DNA of 18,818 bases from Armatimonadota bacterium. Its GTDB lineage: Bacteria; Armatimonadota; UBA10988. The position numbers were made by a program, and so were the translations under genes. The stretch is from the NCBI GenBank assembly GCA_016235455.1, contig JACRKZ010000056.1:1-18818 (forward strand). The letters run 5' to 3'. The notes beneath the pieces were generated by a model. The model did no database searches and was not told where the DNA came from. It saw only the letters and a list, made by a program, of their open reading frames with translations. Numbering within the stretch: the stretch's first letter is position 1; every line of letters begins with the position of its first letter. This document shows, in pieces, positions 1-8,332 of the stretch.

Positions 1-149
1 GCCAGCTCCAGCCGACGCAGCTCACCCGCCAGTACCGGGTCAGCCTCGATACGAGCGCGCACCGACTCCTGCGTCGACGAGTCCAGCTCGCCTTCGAGGA
101 GCGGGGTCATCATCGCCCGCAGTTGTCGTCGTTCCAGCCAGCCTGCCAT
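1..149 (-). CDS. Putative anti-sigma factor, N-terminal part (runs off window start)
   Basis: Not in the ORF track. My translation from ATG at 149 gives MAGWLERRQLRAMMTPLLEGELDSSTQESVRARIEADPVLAGELRRLEL, resembling the 'L..YLDGEL...E...VE.HL' anti-sigma domain start. It lies directly downstream of an ECF sigma gene. Confidence 0.75.
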   Translation of the reverse strand, partial: MAGWLERRQLRAMMTPLLEGELDSSTQESVRARIEADPVLAGELRRLEL

Positions 150-189
150 CACGTTCCATCCACCGGCTCAGAGCCGGTCTACTGGGTGC

Positions 190-215
190 GACGTCTGGGT
201 CGCCTTTAGAGTTCC
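190..215 (-). promoter_or_regulatory. ECF-sigma-type promoter (GGAACT-N16-CGTC) upstream of the anti-sigma gene
   Basis: Minus strand reads GGAACT (215-210), a 16-nt spacer, then CGTC (193-190). This matches the typical ECF -35 GGAAC / -10 CGTC pattern and starts 3 nt after the sigma stop codon. Confidence 0.65.
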
Positions 216-218
216 GCA

Positions 219-839
219 CTACTGGAAAAGATGCCGGTCCTGTTCCAGTTCCTTGGCCAGGGCCAGTCGCGCCCGGTTGAGTCGGGATTTGACGGTGCCC
301 ACGTTGGTCTTGAGCATGTCTGCTATCTCGTTGTACGAGAAGCCTTCCAGGTCGTAGAGCACGAGCACATCGCGATGGTGCGATTTCATGCGATAGACCG
401 CCGCGCGCACCGCTGCCGCGCGCTCATCGCCCAGGATCTGGCCCTCGGGCTCGTCGCTCTGGTCCGACAGCCGGTCGATGAGCGGCTCGCCGCCCTCGTC
501 GGTGTCGGCCGGATCGGTGACGATCTGCGGCCGCCGCCGCTTCTTCTTCATCTCGTCCAGACAGAGGTTGTGGACGATGCGGTAGACCCAGGTGGTCAGC
601 GCCGAGCCGCCCTGGAACGACTGCAGGCCGCGGTAGATGCGCAGGAAGGCCTCCTGCGCCACGTCCGAGGCCTCGTCCGGGTCGCCCAGCAGGCGGTAGG
701 CCAGGTTGTAGACCTTGGACTGATAGCGGTCGACCAGCAGGTCAAACGCGTCACGATCGCCCCGGCGACAGCGGGCGATCATGTCGGCGTCGGAGATTCC
801 GCCGGGGTCATCACGCCCGGCAGACGAGAACAGCCGCAT
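219..839 (-). CDS. ECF-family RNA polymerase sigma factor (SigW/RpoE-like)
   Basis: Region 2 (AFDLLVDRYQSKVYNLAYRLLGD..EASDVAQEAFLRIY...TWVYRIVHNLCLD) and region 4 (LYDLEGFSYNEIADML..NVGTVKSRLNRAR). ATG at 839 overlaps the upstream TGA (TGATG). Confidence 0.95.
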   Translation of the reverse strand: MRLFSSAGRDDPGGISDADMIARCRRGDRDAFDLLVDRYQSKVYNLAYRLLGDPDEASDVAQEAFLRIYRGLQSFQGGSALTTWVYRIVHNLCLDEMKKKRRRPQIVTDPADTDEGGEPLIDRLSDQSDEPEGQILGDERAAAVRAAVYRMKSHHRDVLVLYDLEGFSYNEIADMLKTNVGTVKSRLNRARLALAKELEQDRHLFQ

Positions 840-2466
840 CAAAGGTCCTTCTTCTGCACCAACTGGTCGTTCAGGAAGACCTCGACGCTGGTGGTGCCGT
901 GCCCTTCGACCGCCCGGCTGACCGTGTCGCCCGCATTGTGGACCTTGTTGTAGACGATCTGCTCCCCATTCACATCGTGCACCACGATCTTGACCCAGCA
1001 GATGCTGTCGCTGGCCGGCACGGTCACCCGCACCTTGCCCTTGCGCAACGGCTTGCCGGCGTTCGGGTCCTTGGCTTGCTCGGCGTCCGCGCCTCGGCGG
1101 CGCTTGTCATCCGGCCCGGTACTCACCCACAGGTTGACCTGCGCGCCGCTCTCCACCCGCCGACCGGCCTCGGGCTCCTGCTTGATGACATAGCCATCAG
1201 GAATGGTGTCATCGGCCTGCTTCTGGATGATGCCCTGCTTGAGGCCCAGACGCTGCACCTGGTCCAGCGCGTCCGACTGCGTCCCGGTGACCAGGCGCGG
1301 CATGGTCAGCTGCGCCGGCCCGCTCGACAGGATGGCCTGCACCACGCGGCCGGCGCGCACCTTGCGGCCGGGCCCGGGCTGGGTGATGATCACCGCGCCG
1401 GCCGGCACATCCTTGCTGGCCTGCTCCACGGACACGCTGAACTGGAGATCCAAGGTCTGCTCAAAAAGCGTCTTGGCACGGTCTTTGGTCATGCCCGTGA
1501 CGTCGGGGATGATGACCTCGGTGGGCCGACTCTCGTCGAGCCACCGGTAGGTGCCGTAGGCCAGGCCGGACAATGTGGTGGCCGAAACCAGAATGGTACC
1601 CAGGATGGTGAACAGCACGCGGTAGAAACCCAGCGTGGCCGTGACGCCCCAAGGCAGCGGCGCGCGCGGCTGTTCCTCGCGCGCGCGGGCCCGTTGGCGC
1701 CGCAGCTCGCGCGGCGACCGACGCTGCTGCGGCTCACCCAGCTCGCGCAGCTTGGACAGCGCCTCAACCGCCTGCGCCGCCGGGTAGCGGTCGTCGGGCT
1801 CGGGCTTCAACATCCCCTCCAGGACAAGGTCGACACCGGGCGACAACTCCTTGTTCACCTCGCTGGGCTTGGGGCGTTCCGGGGCGTCGGGCACCAACTT
1901 GCGCCCGGTCAACGCCTCATAGAGCACCACGCCAACCGAGTAGACATCGCTGCCCGGCCGCGCGTTCCGGCCGGCGCGCACCTCGGGCGCCACATAGACC
2001 AGGGCGTCGGGCCGCACCACGGAGACCCCGAAGGTCTGCGCTACGGCCGCCGCCTGATCGTAGTCTGTCAACACGGCGCCCTCATGGGTGAGGATAATGT
2101 TGCCTGGATGCAACATGCCATGCACCACGCCGTTGGCGTGCCAGGCCGCCACGCTCTGCAGGATCTCCACGCCGCGGCTGAGCACTTCGGCCGGGGCATG
2201 ACGCTTGAGCAGCCACTTCTCGAGCGACAGCCCCTCGACAAAATCTCGCACGAGCAGCAGTCCGTCGGTCTCGCGCGAAGCCTCCACCAGGCCGGGCGCA
2301 CAGGGCAGCAGCAAGCTGCGCTGCTCACCCAGCCGACGAGCCCAGGCTGCTTGACCACGACCTCCGCGTCACGGTAGCGGTCGTGCGCCTTCCAACTGCT
2401 CAGCGCGCCGCCGTCGTTGAGGCGCGCTTTGAGGTCATAGCGGTACTTCAGCAGCCGATTGGCCAT
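839..2466 (-). pseudogene. PrkC/PknB-like membrane Ser/Thr kinase-fold protein with 2 PASTA domains; catalytic motifs degenerate; frameshifted near 2315-2368 (real lesion or assembly error)
   Basis: The N-lobe (RYDLKARLNDGGALSSWKAHD..EVVVK) starts at ATG 2466 in one frame. The rest (YVAPE, SDVYSVGVVLYEALTG, PDDRY, TM helix, two PASTA repeats IPDVTGM../MPRLVTG.., C-terminal beta-rich domain) is in ORF 839-2314. The total span of 1628 nt is not a multiple of 3. Confidence 0.85.
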
Positions 2467-3188
2467 CAGTCGGCACCACCGGTCAGCCGGCGCACGGCTC
2501 GCCGCAGCACGAGGCCAAGCGCCTCGAAGATGATGCGCTTGGAGATCTTGGAGGTGCCCAGCGCGCGGTCCTCGAAGATGATCGGCACCTGCGCGAAGCG
2601 GTAGCCGCGCCGCTGACAGAGATAGGTCATCTCGATGAGGAACGAGTAGCCATCGACGGTGATCTGGTCGAAATCGAAGCTCTCCAGCACGGCGCGCCGA
2701 TAGCAGCGGAAGCCCGACGTGCAGTCGTCCACGCGCAGGCCCAGCAGCGTGCGCGCGGTGAGGTTGGCGCCGCGCGACAGGATGATGCGGCCCAAGCCCC
2801 AGTTCTTGGTGCCGCCGCCAGGGCAGTAGCGCGAGCCCACCACCACGTCGGCGCCCTCGCTCTCGGCCTTGGCCACCATGGTCGGCAGGTAGTCGGGGTG
2901 ATGGCTGAAATCAGCGTCCATGTGCAGCACGAAGTCCGGGCGCTGCGCCAGGGCATAGCGGATGCCGGCGATCTCCGCCGAGGCGAAGCCCAGCTTGCCC
3001 GCGCGCTTGATGAGGTGCAGCCGCGGCTGCGTCGCCTGCATCGCCTCCACCATGGCCGAGGTGCCGTCGGGCGAGTTGTCGTCGACGATGACCAGGTCAA
3101 ACTCGGGCTGCTGCGCCATGATGCCGGCCACCAGCGCCTCGATGTTCTCGGCTTCGTTGTAGGTAGGAATCACGATGTAGGCCGTCAT
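2466..3188 (-). CDS. Polyprenol-monophosphomannose synthase-like glycosyltransferase (GT2, DPM1/Ppm1-like)
   Basis: IVIPTYNEAENI, IVDDNSPDGT, MDADFSH, VVGSRY..GG, DCTSGFRCYRR and VPIIFEDR..GTSK motifs. Confidence 0.93.
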   Translation of the reverse strand: MTAYIVIPTYNEAENIEALVAGIMAQQPEFDLVIVDDNSPDGTSAMVEAMQATQPRLHLIKRAGKLGFASAEIAGIRYALAQRPDFVLHMDADFSHHPDYLPTMVAKAESEGADVVVGSRYCPGGGTKNWGLGRIILSRGANLTARTLLGLRVDDCTSGFRCYRRAVLESFDFDQITVDGYSFLIEMTYLCQRRGYRFAQVPIIFEDRALGTSKISKRIIFEALGLVLRRAVRRLTGGAD

Positions 3189-3210
3189 GCGTCGCGCCTC
3201 TTCCCGTCCG

Positions 3211-4215
3211 TCAGCCGTTGCGGCCGCGTGTCAAAAAGACGATGGTCGCCGCCCACAAGATCATGTTGATGACCATGCCCCGGTCAGCGAACAGCCGCTC
3301 GGGATTCTGCCCGATATCGGCCTTGTGCACCAGATACAGGTAGCGGAACACGCCGTACACCACAAACGGGATGGTGAACATCAGCCGGCCCTGCTCGGCC
3401 GTGGCATGAATCTCGATGGGTCGGTAGAACGTGTAGAGCGAGTAGCACAGGATGGTCGCCGTGCCCGACATCTGGATCATCTGGTCGAGCAGCAGCGCCT
3501 CATGGGCTTCGTCGGTGTGGTACTTGGCCAGCACAGCGCGCGAGACTCCCTTGGCGCCCGCCTGCAGCAACTCACCGCGCCGCTTGCACAGGCCCATGAA
3601 CAGCGCTCCGAACAGGGTACATACCACGATCCAGGCCGACGGCGGCTCCGGGATCACCCAGCAGCCCGCCACCACGCGCAGCACGAACAACAGTGCCAAC
3701 GACAGAACGTCGATGATGACCAGGTTCTTCAGGTAGAACGAGTAGGCGTTAGTCAGCACCGCATAGCCGACCGCGGTCCACAGGAAGGCCTGGGTGTCGC
3801 CGCCCCGCCGCGAGAGCAGCACGCTCCAGACCAGCGCGCCGGCGAACAGCAGAATCGCGGTGATGATGGCCAGCGCCTGTGATACCTCGCCCGCGGCGAT
3901 GGGCCGGCGGCACTTGGTCGGATGGCAGGCATCGGATTCGCGATCGCGCAGGTCGTTGATCAGGTAGCCGGCCGATGATAACGCGCAGAAGATGACGAAG
4001 GCGGCCACGGCGGCGGCCACCGCGTGGCCCTCCTCGGGCCGGCGCGAGGCGACGCCCGAAGTCAGCTCGTGCCACCGACCGGTGAAGGCCAGGCCGCCAA
4101 ACACCAGGACGTTCTTGACCCACTGGTGGGGCCGCAATGCTATCAGCAGTGCGACGACCAGAGAGCGTTTGGGTTGAGCCGCGGAGCGACCCGCGCCCTC
4201 GGGAGCAGCCTCCAT
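3211..4215 (-). CDS. UbiA-family decaprenyl-phosphate phosphoribosyltransferase-like membrane protein
   Basis: LRPHQWVKNVLVF, YLINDLRDRESD..HPTK.RRPIAAG, YSFYLK...IIDV, KRRGEL and TIPFVVYGVFRYL motifs, with multiple TM segments. Confidence 0.9.
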   Translation of the reverse strand: MEAAPEGAGRSAAQPKRSLVVALLIALRPHQWVKNVLVFGGLAFTGRWHELTSGVASRRPEEGHAVAAAVAAFVIFCALSSAGYLINDLRDRESDACHPTKCRRPIAAGEVSQALAIITAILLFAGALVWSVLLSRRGGDTQAFLWTAVGYAVLTNAYSFYLKNLVIIDVLSLALLFVLRVVAGCWVIPEPPSAWIVVCTLFGALFMGLCKRRGELLQAGAKGVSRAVLAKYHTDEAHEALLLDQMIQMSGTATILCYSLYTFYRPIEIHATAEQGRLMFTIPFVVYGVFRYLYLVHKADIGQNPERLFADRGMVINMILWAATIVFLTRGRNG

Positions 4216-4234
4216 TGCGGTCTCCCGCCGCCGC

Positions 4235-4975
4235 CTAGGCCGGCAGGCGACGCAGCTTCACGCCCAGTTCGCGGGCGCGATCCAGGGCCAGTGGCGTGAC
4301 GATGGCGTCGGCCGACAACAGCAGTTCGCCGTCCGCCGCCTCGACCTCGATGGCCGTGATCAGCGGCCGGTTCTCGTGGGCGTTGACGCCACCGGGTCCG
4401 CTGAGCAGTGTGCGCAACGTCGCGCCCAGGTCAACCGCCTCGACACAACTGGCGCCGAACACTTCCAGCCGACCCACGGGCTCCGCCAGTGCGTGGCGCA
4501 GCTGCGGGGTGGCCTCGGGCCGATCCAAGCCCAGCGCATCGGTGGCCACCACCACCGGCGTGCCCAGGCAGAGCGCCTCGAGCAGCAGCTTGGAGCCGAA
4601 GGTCTCGGGCGTGGTCATGGCCACGCGCACCGCGGTGGGCCGGTCGAGCGTGGCCACGACCACGGCCTCCACCTCGCTCGCCAGCTTGAGCGGGCAGCCG
4701 GCGTCGGCCGTGTCACGGCACAACTCCGCGCCCAGCCGGCGATTGACGCTGGCCACGCCGCGCCCACTGGCCAGCCACTCCAGGCGCACTGGGAAATCGG
4801 CCAGCGTGCCCAGCGAGGCCACGGCGAAGTCCAGACCGGCCGTGGTTTCACTGACCAAAACGGCGACGCGCCGCCCATCGGCCGCCGCCGGACGCGGCTG
4901 CATTTCGGCCAGCACCGCGGCCACGGCCGCGGCCACCAGCCGCTCGATGGTTGCCGAATCGAAGTTGTGGCTCAA
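4235..4975 (-). CDS. BMC-associated flavoprotein-like protein with N-terminal encapsulation-peptide-like helix
   Basis: Flavoprotein-fold-like core (VVVATLDRPTAVRVA..., EALCLGTPVVVA) and C-terminal 'ITA.EV...AIVTPLALDRARELGV' motif, typical of accessory proteins in BMC loci. TTG start overlaps the pduL stop. Confidence 0.65.
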   Translation of the reverse strand: MSHNFDSATIERLVAAAVAAVLAEMQPRPAAADGRRVAVLVSETTAGLDFAVASLGTLADFPVRLEWLASGRGVASVNRRLGAELCRDTADAGCPLKLASEVEAVVVATLDRPTAVRVAMTTPETFGSKLLLEALCLGTPVVVATDALGLDRPEATPQLRHALAEPVGRLEVFGASCVEAVDLGATLRTLLSGPGGVNAHENRPLITAIEVEAADGELLLSADAIVTPLALDRARELGVKLRRLPA

Positions 4976-5634
4976 CTCACCATCCGTGCGAAGACGCCCT
5001 GCCCAATGTCGGCCGCATTGGCCTCATCGGTATCGAGGTGCATCTCCAAGAGAGTGCCCTCACTGACGCGAACCGCTACATTGCGCAGCCGCGCTCCGCG
5101 CGGCCCGTCAATCTCCACCTCGATGGAGTCGCCCGAGCGCAAATCCCAGCGCTTGGCCACAGCCGCGTCCATGTGCACATGCCGCGCCGCGATGATCAGC
5201 CCTTCGGGCAGGTGGACCGAGCCCTTGGGCCCGACCAAGGTGATCGGCGCCGAGCCCTTGACATCGCCCGACAGCCGCAGCGGCGGGTTGACGCCGAGCG
5301 TGAAGGCATCGGAGCGAGCGATCTCCACCTGGCTGGCGTCGCGCAGCGGGAACAGGATGCGCACGTTGTGCAGCGCCCGCTTGGTCGAGACCAGCGTCAC
5401 CATCTCGTTGGCGGCGTAGAAGCCGGGCTGATAGAGCTCCCGAAAGACGGTCAGCTCATAGCCCTGGCCAAAGAGAATATCGCAGTGCTCGCGGGTCAGA
5501 TGGACATGGCGAGCCGACACCCCAATGGGGATGGGCTCGCGTTCGCCGCGCAACTCCGCCAGCACCTCGCCGGTCAGGCGTGCCAGCAGTTCGGGCGAGG
5601 TCAGACGCTGCAACAACTCGTCGGACGAAGCCAT
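4972..5634 (-). CDS. pduL: Phosphate propanoyltransferase (BMC phosphotransacylase)
   Basis: IPIGVSARHVHL, LYQPGFYAA.E.VTL, SQVEIARSDA..LGV.PPLRLSGD, GLIIAARHVHM and EMHLDTDEANAA motifs, plus an N-terminal amphipathic extension. Confidence 0.95.
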   Translation of the reverse strand: MASSDELLQRLTSPELLARLTGEVLAELRGEREPIPIGVSARHVHLTREHCDILFGQGYELTVFRELYQPGFYAANEMVTLVSTKRALHNVRILFPLRDASQVEIARSDAFTLGVNPPLRLSGDVKGSAPITLVGPKGSVHLPEGLIIAARHVHMDAAVAKRWDLRSGDSIEVEIDGPRGARLRNVAVRVSEGTLLEMHLDTDEANAADIGQGVFARMVS

Positions 5635-5800
5635 GGTCCAGCCTTACTCCGCGCGCAGCATCCGCGCAGCGCGTCGACCACCCAGGGGGCCGAACGCGTC
5701 GCGCGGAAACGTAGCCGCCACAGCCAACGCCCACGCAGCACACCGGCCCAGCGAGTGCCGGGCCGGCGGCGGGTGGTCAGTGACCGGGCCAACCCGAAGG

Positions 5801-6076
<276 letters not shown>

Positions 6077-6085
6077 GTACTTCTC

Positions 6086-6397
6086 CTAAGCGCTCTTATT
6101 GCTACCGCCGCGCGCCGGCTTGGCGGTGGGGACCACCGTACCAAGCTGGTCGCTCGGCCGCGCGATCACGTGTGTCGAAACCAGCGTACCCACCCGGCGG
6201 GCCTCAGCCGCGCCGGCATCGACGGCCGCCGAAACAGCCGCCACTTCGCCGGAAACGAAGACCGTCACCAAGCCGCGTCCCGGCGACTTGGTCAGAGGCA
6301 GCAACGACACGTTGGCCGCCTTGGCCGCCGCATCACCCGCCGCCAGCGCCGGCACCAAGCCGACCACCTCAATCATGCCCAGGGCCTGTTGTGCCAC
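6086..6397 (-). CDS. BMC-H shell protein, divergent, with short C-terminal tail
   Basis: ALGMIEVVGLVPALAAGDAAAKAANV, GEVAAVSAAV and HVIARPS motifs; GTG start with GAGGAG RBS 7 nt upstream. Confidence 0.93.
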   Translation of the reverse strand: MAQQALGMIEVVGLVPALAAGDAAAKAANVSLLPLTKSPGRGLVTVFVSGEVAAVSAAVDAGAAEARRVGTLVSTHVIARPSDQLGTVVPTAKPARGGSNKSA

Positions 6398-6513
6398 AGC
6401 CCATCTCCTCTACCGTCATGCGTGCCGCGCGCGGCGGCACGTCCTTCGTAACCTGTTCCAGCCAACCCGGAGTTCGCCAGCGAACTCCCAGCAGCCAGCC
6501 TCGTGCAGCCTGG

Positions 6514-7299
6514 TCAGCTGCGGCCCATCTCTTGGATCAGCCGTTCGGCCACCTTGCGCACCATGGCCTCGATGGTGGCTTCGTTGACATCCTCGCCACG
6601 GTTGACCGGCGACTTGCTGCCCGGCGCGAAGGTCAGGCAATCTCGCGGGTAGGTCAGCCCCATGCTCTGGCGCATGTTCTGCAGGTGGCTCATCTCGCTC
6701 GGGGCGATCACGTTCTCGCGGCCCAGCATGCGGGCGATGAACGAGATCTGCGCGGACTGTTCCAGCGTTTCCATGCGGTGGTAGGCCTGGTAGACATCGC
6801 TGCCGATGGACAGCGCGCCGTGGTTGGCCAGCAGGAAGACGTCGTGGTCCTTGATGAACGGCTTGACCGACTCACCCAGCAGCGGCGTGCTCGGCGGCGC
6901 ATAGGGCGCCAGCGGCACGTCGCCCAAGGCCACCACGAACTCGGGCAGCGTGGGTCGATCCAGACCTTCGCCGGCCACGGCGAAGCCGGTGCAGTAGACG
7001 GGATGGGCATGGACCACGGCGGCGATGTCGCAGCGCTCGCGGTACATGGCCAGGTGCATCAGGACCTCCGAGGAGACCTTGAGATGCCCGTCGATCTGCC
7101 GGCCTTCCATATCCACCACGACCAGCATGTCGGGAGACAGGAAGCCCTTGCTCACGCCGGTCGGCGTGGCCAGCACGTGGTCCTTGCTCAGGCGGATGGA
7201 GATGTTGCCGTCGTTGTAGGCGACGTAGCCGCGCTGCCACACGCGTCGGCCGATCTCGCAGATATCCTTACGCAGTTCGGTCTGGTTCTTTTCAAACAT
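6514..7299 (-). CDS. Class II aldolase (L-fuculose-phosphate aldolase-like) with C-terminal encapsulation peptide
   Basis: GNISIR, TPTGVSK, SSEVLMH, HAHP and LANHG motifs (catalytic Glu and three Zn-binding His); C-terminal linker followed by helix NEATIEAMVRKVAERLIQEM. Confidence 0.92.
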   Translation of the reverse strand: MFEKNQTELRKDICEIGRRVWQRGYVAYNDGNISIRLSKDHVLATPTGVSKGFLSPDMLVVVDMEGRQIDGHLKVSSEVLMHLAMYRERCDIAAVVHAHPVYCTGFAVAGEGLDRPTLPEFVVALGDVPLAPYAPPSTPLLGESVKPFIKDHDVFLLANHGALSIGSDVYQAYHRMETLEQSAQISFIARMLGRENVIAPSEMSHLQNMRQSMGLTYPRDCLTFAPGSKSPVNRGEDVNEATIEAMVRKVAERLIQEMGRS

Positions 7300-7300
7300 A

Positions 7301-8275
7301 TCAGAGCCTAATCACCTGGCCGCTCCTGGCGCTGTCGTTCATCGCCAAGGAGACCCGCAACGACTTGAGTGCGTCGGCATACGGCGAACGGATTTTGTCC
7401 GCCGAGTCCGTGCCCTCGACCGCGTTGACGAAGAAAGTATCCTCGCGCACCGTAGCATTCGTCTCCGGTTCGCGCTTCACCTCCTCGTCGTACTTGCCAC
7501 CTCGGATCGACAGCGAGCCGCCGCCGATGTCCGCCAGCGCTCCGTCGAAATGCAGTTGCAGACTGACGTTGCCCGTCTTCTCCAGCGCACACGAGGTGGC
7601 GATCTGGCAGACGGCGCCGTTCTCGAAGGTCAGCGTCGCGGTGCCGGCATCGGACACATCGAAGCCGTCCATCAACTGGTCCATGCGGTAGGTGGTGTAC
7701 GCCGCGTAGACCGATTTCACTTCACCCATGAAGTAGCGGGCCAGGTCGATGATGTGGGTCGTCTGCTCGCACATCTGGCCGCCCGAGGTGGCCCACTTGC
7801 GCCACCACCAGACACCAGGCGAGCCGCCCATCCAGTAGCCCAGCGCCATACCAATCTTGCTCTCGCCGATCTCGGCCTTGAGGTAGTCGACGGTGTCCAT
7901 GTGCCGCCAATGGTAGCCAACCCCGGTGATCAGCCCCTTCTCGGCGATGCGCGCGGCGCAGCGCTCGGCGCGCGCCAGGTCGATGTCGATGGGCTTTTCG
8001 ATGAAGAACGGCAGGCCGGCATCGATGACGGCGTCCTCGAACTCGCCATGGGCGAACGGCGGCAGGCAGATGTAGACCGCGTCGAGGGCTTCCTTGCCCA
8101 GCATCGCCTGATAATCGGTGTAGGCGACGCCGCCATGCTCCTCGGCCGCGGACTTGGCCCGGGCTTCGTCGGTGTCGCAGAACGCGACCATCTGAGCGTT
8201 GGCAATCTGGCTCAGCGCACGGCGGTGTGCACCGGCGATACCACCGGTCCCAATGAACCCAATTCGCACGGCCAT
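7301..8275 (-). CDS. Gfo/Idh/MocA-family NAD(P)-dependent oxidoreductase
   Basis: IGFIGTGGIA Rossmann motif, DAVYICLPPFAH, FIEKP and GGQMCEQTTHIIDLARY motifs; AAGGAGG RBS at 8286-8292. Confidence 0.93.
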   Translation of the reverse strand: MAVRIGFIGTGGIAGAHRRALSQIANAQMVAFCDTDEARAKSAAEEHGGVAYTDYQAMLGKEALDAVYICLPPFAHGEFEDAVIDAGLPFFIEKPIDIDLARAERCAARIAEKGLITGVGYHWRHMDTVDYLKAEIGESKIGMALGYWMGGSPGVWWWRKWATSGGQMCEQTTHIIDLARYFMGEVKSVYAAYTTYRMDQLMDGFDVSDAGTATLTFENGAVCQIATSCALEKTGNVSLQLHFDGALADIGGGSLSIRGGKYDEEVKREPETNATVREDTFFVNAVEGTDSADKIRSPYADALKSLRVSLAMNDSARSGQVIRL

Positions 8276-8318
8276 GGGTCTCTCGCCTCCTTGGCTCGGT
8301 CTCGGTCACCGGAAGGCC

Positions 8319-8327
8319 AGTATAGCA
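8319..8327 (-). promoter_or_regulatory. Extended -10 housekeeping promoter (TGcTATACT) for the BMC operon
   Basis: Minus strand reads TG-C-TATACT just after the capA stop and about 45 nt before the oxidoreductase ATG. An AT-rich match stands out in this GC-rich DNA. No convincing -35 seen. Confidence 0.6.
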
Positions 8328-8332
8328 CACTC

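Noticed and set aside
2340-2368. Programmed ribosomal frameshift as the explanation for the split kinase
   Set aside because: No X-XXY-YYZ slippery site or homopolymer is present, and residues appear to be missing, which frameshifting would not explain.
899-2377. 492-aa plus-strand ORF, and similar long plus-strand ORFs such as 7550-9226, 6172-7311 and 16883-17965
   Set aside because: They lie antisense to well-supported genes, and high GC suppresses stop codons. No family motifs.
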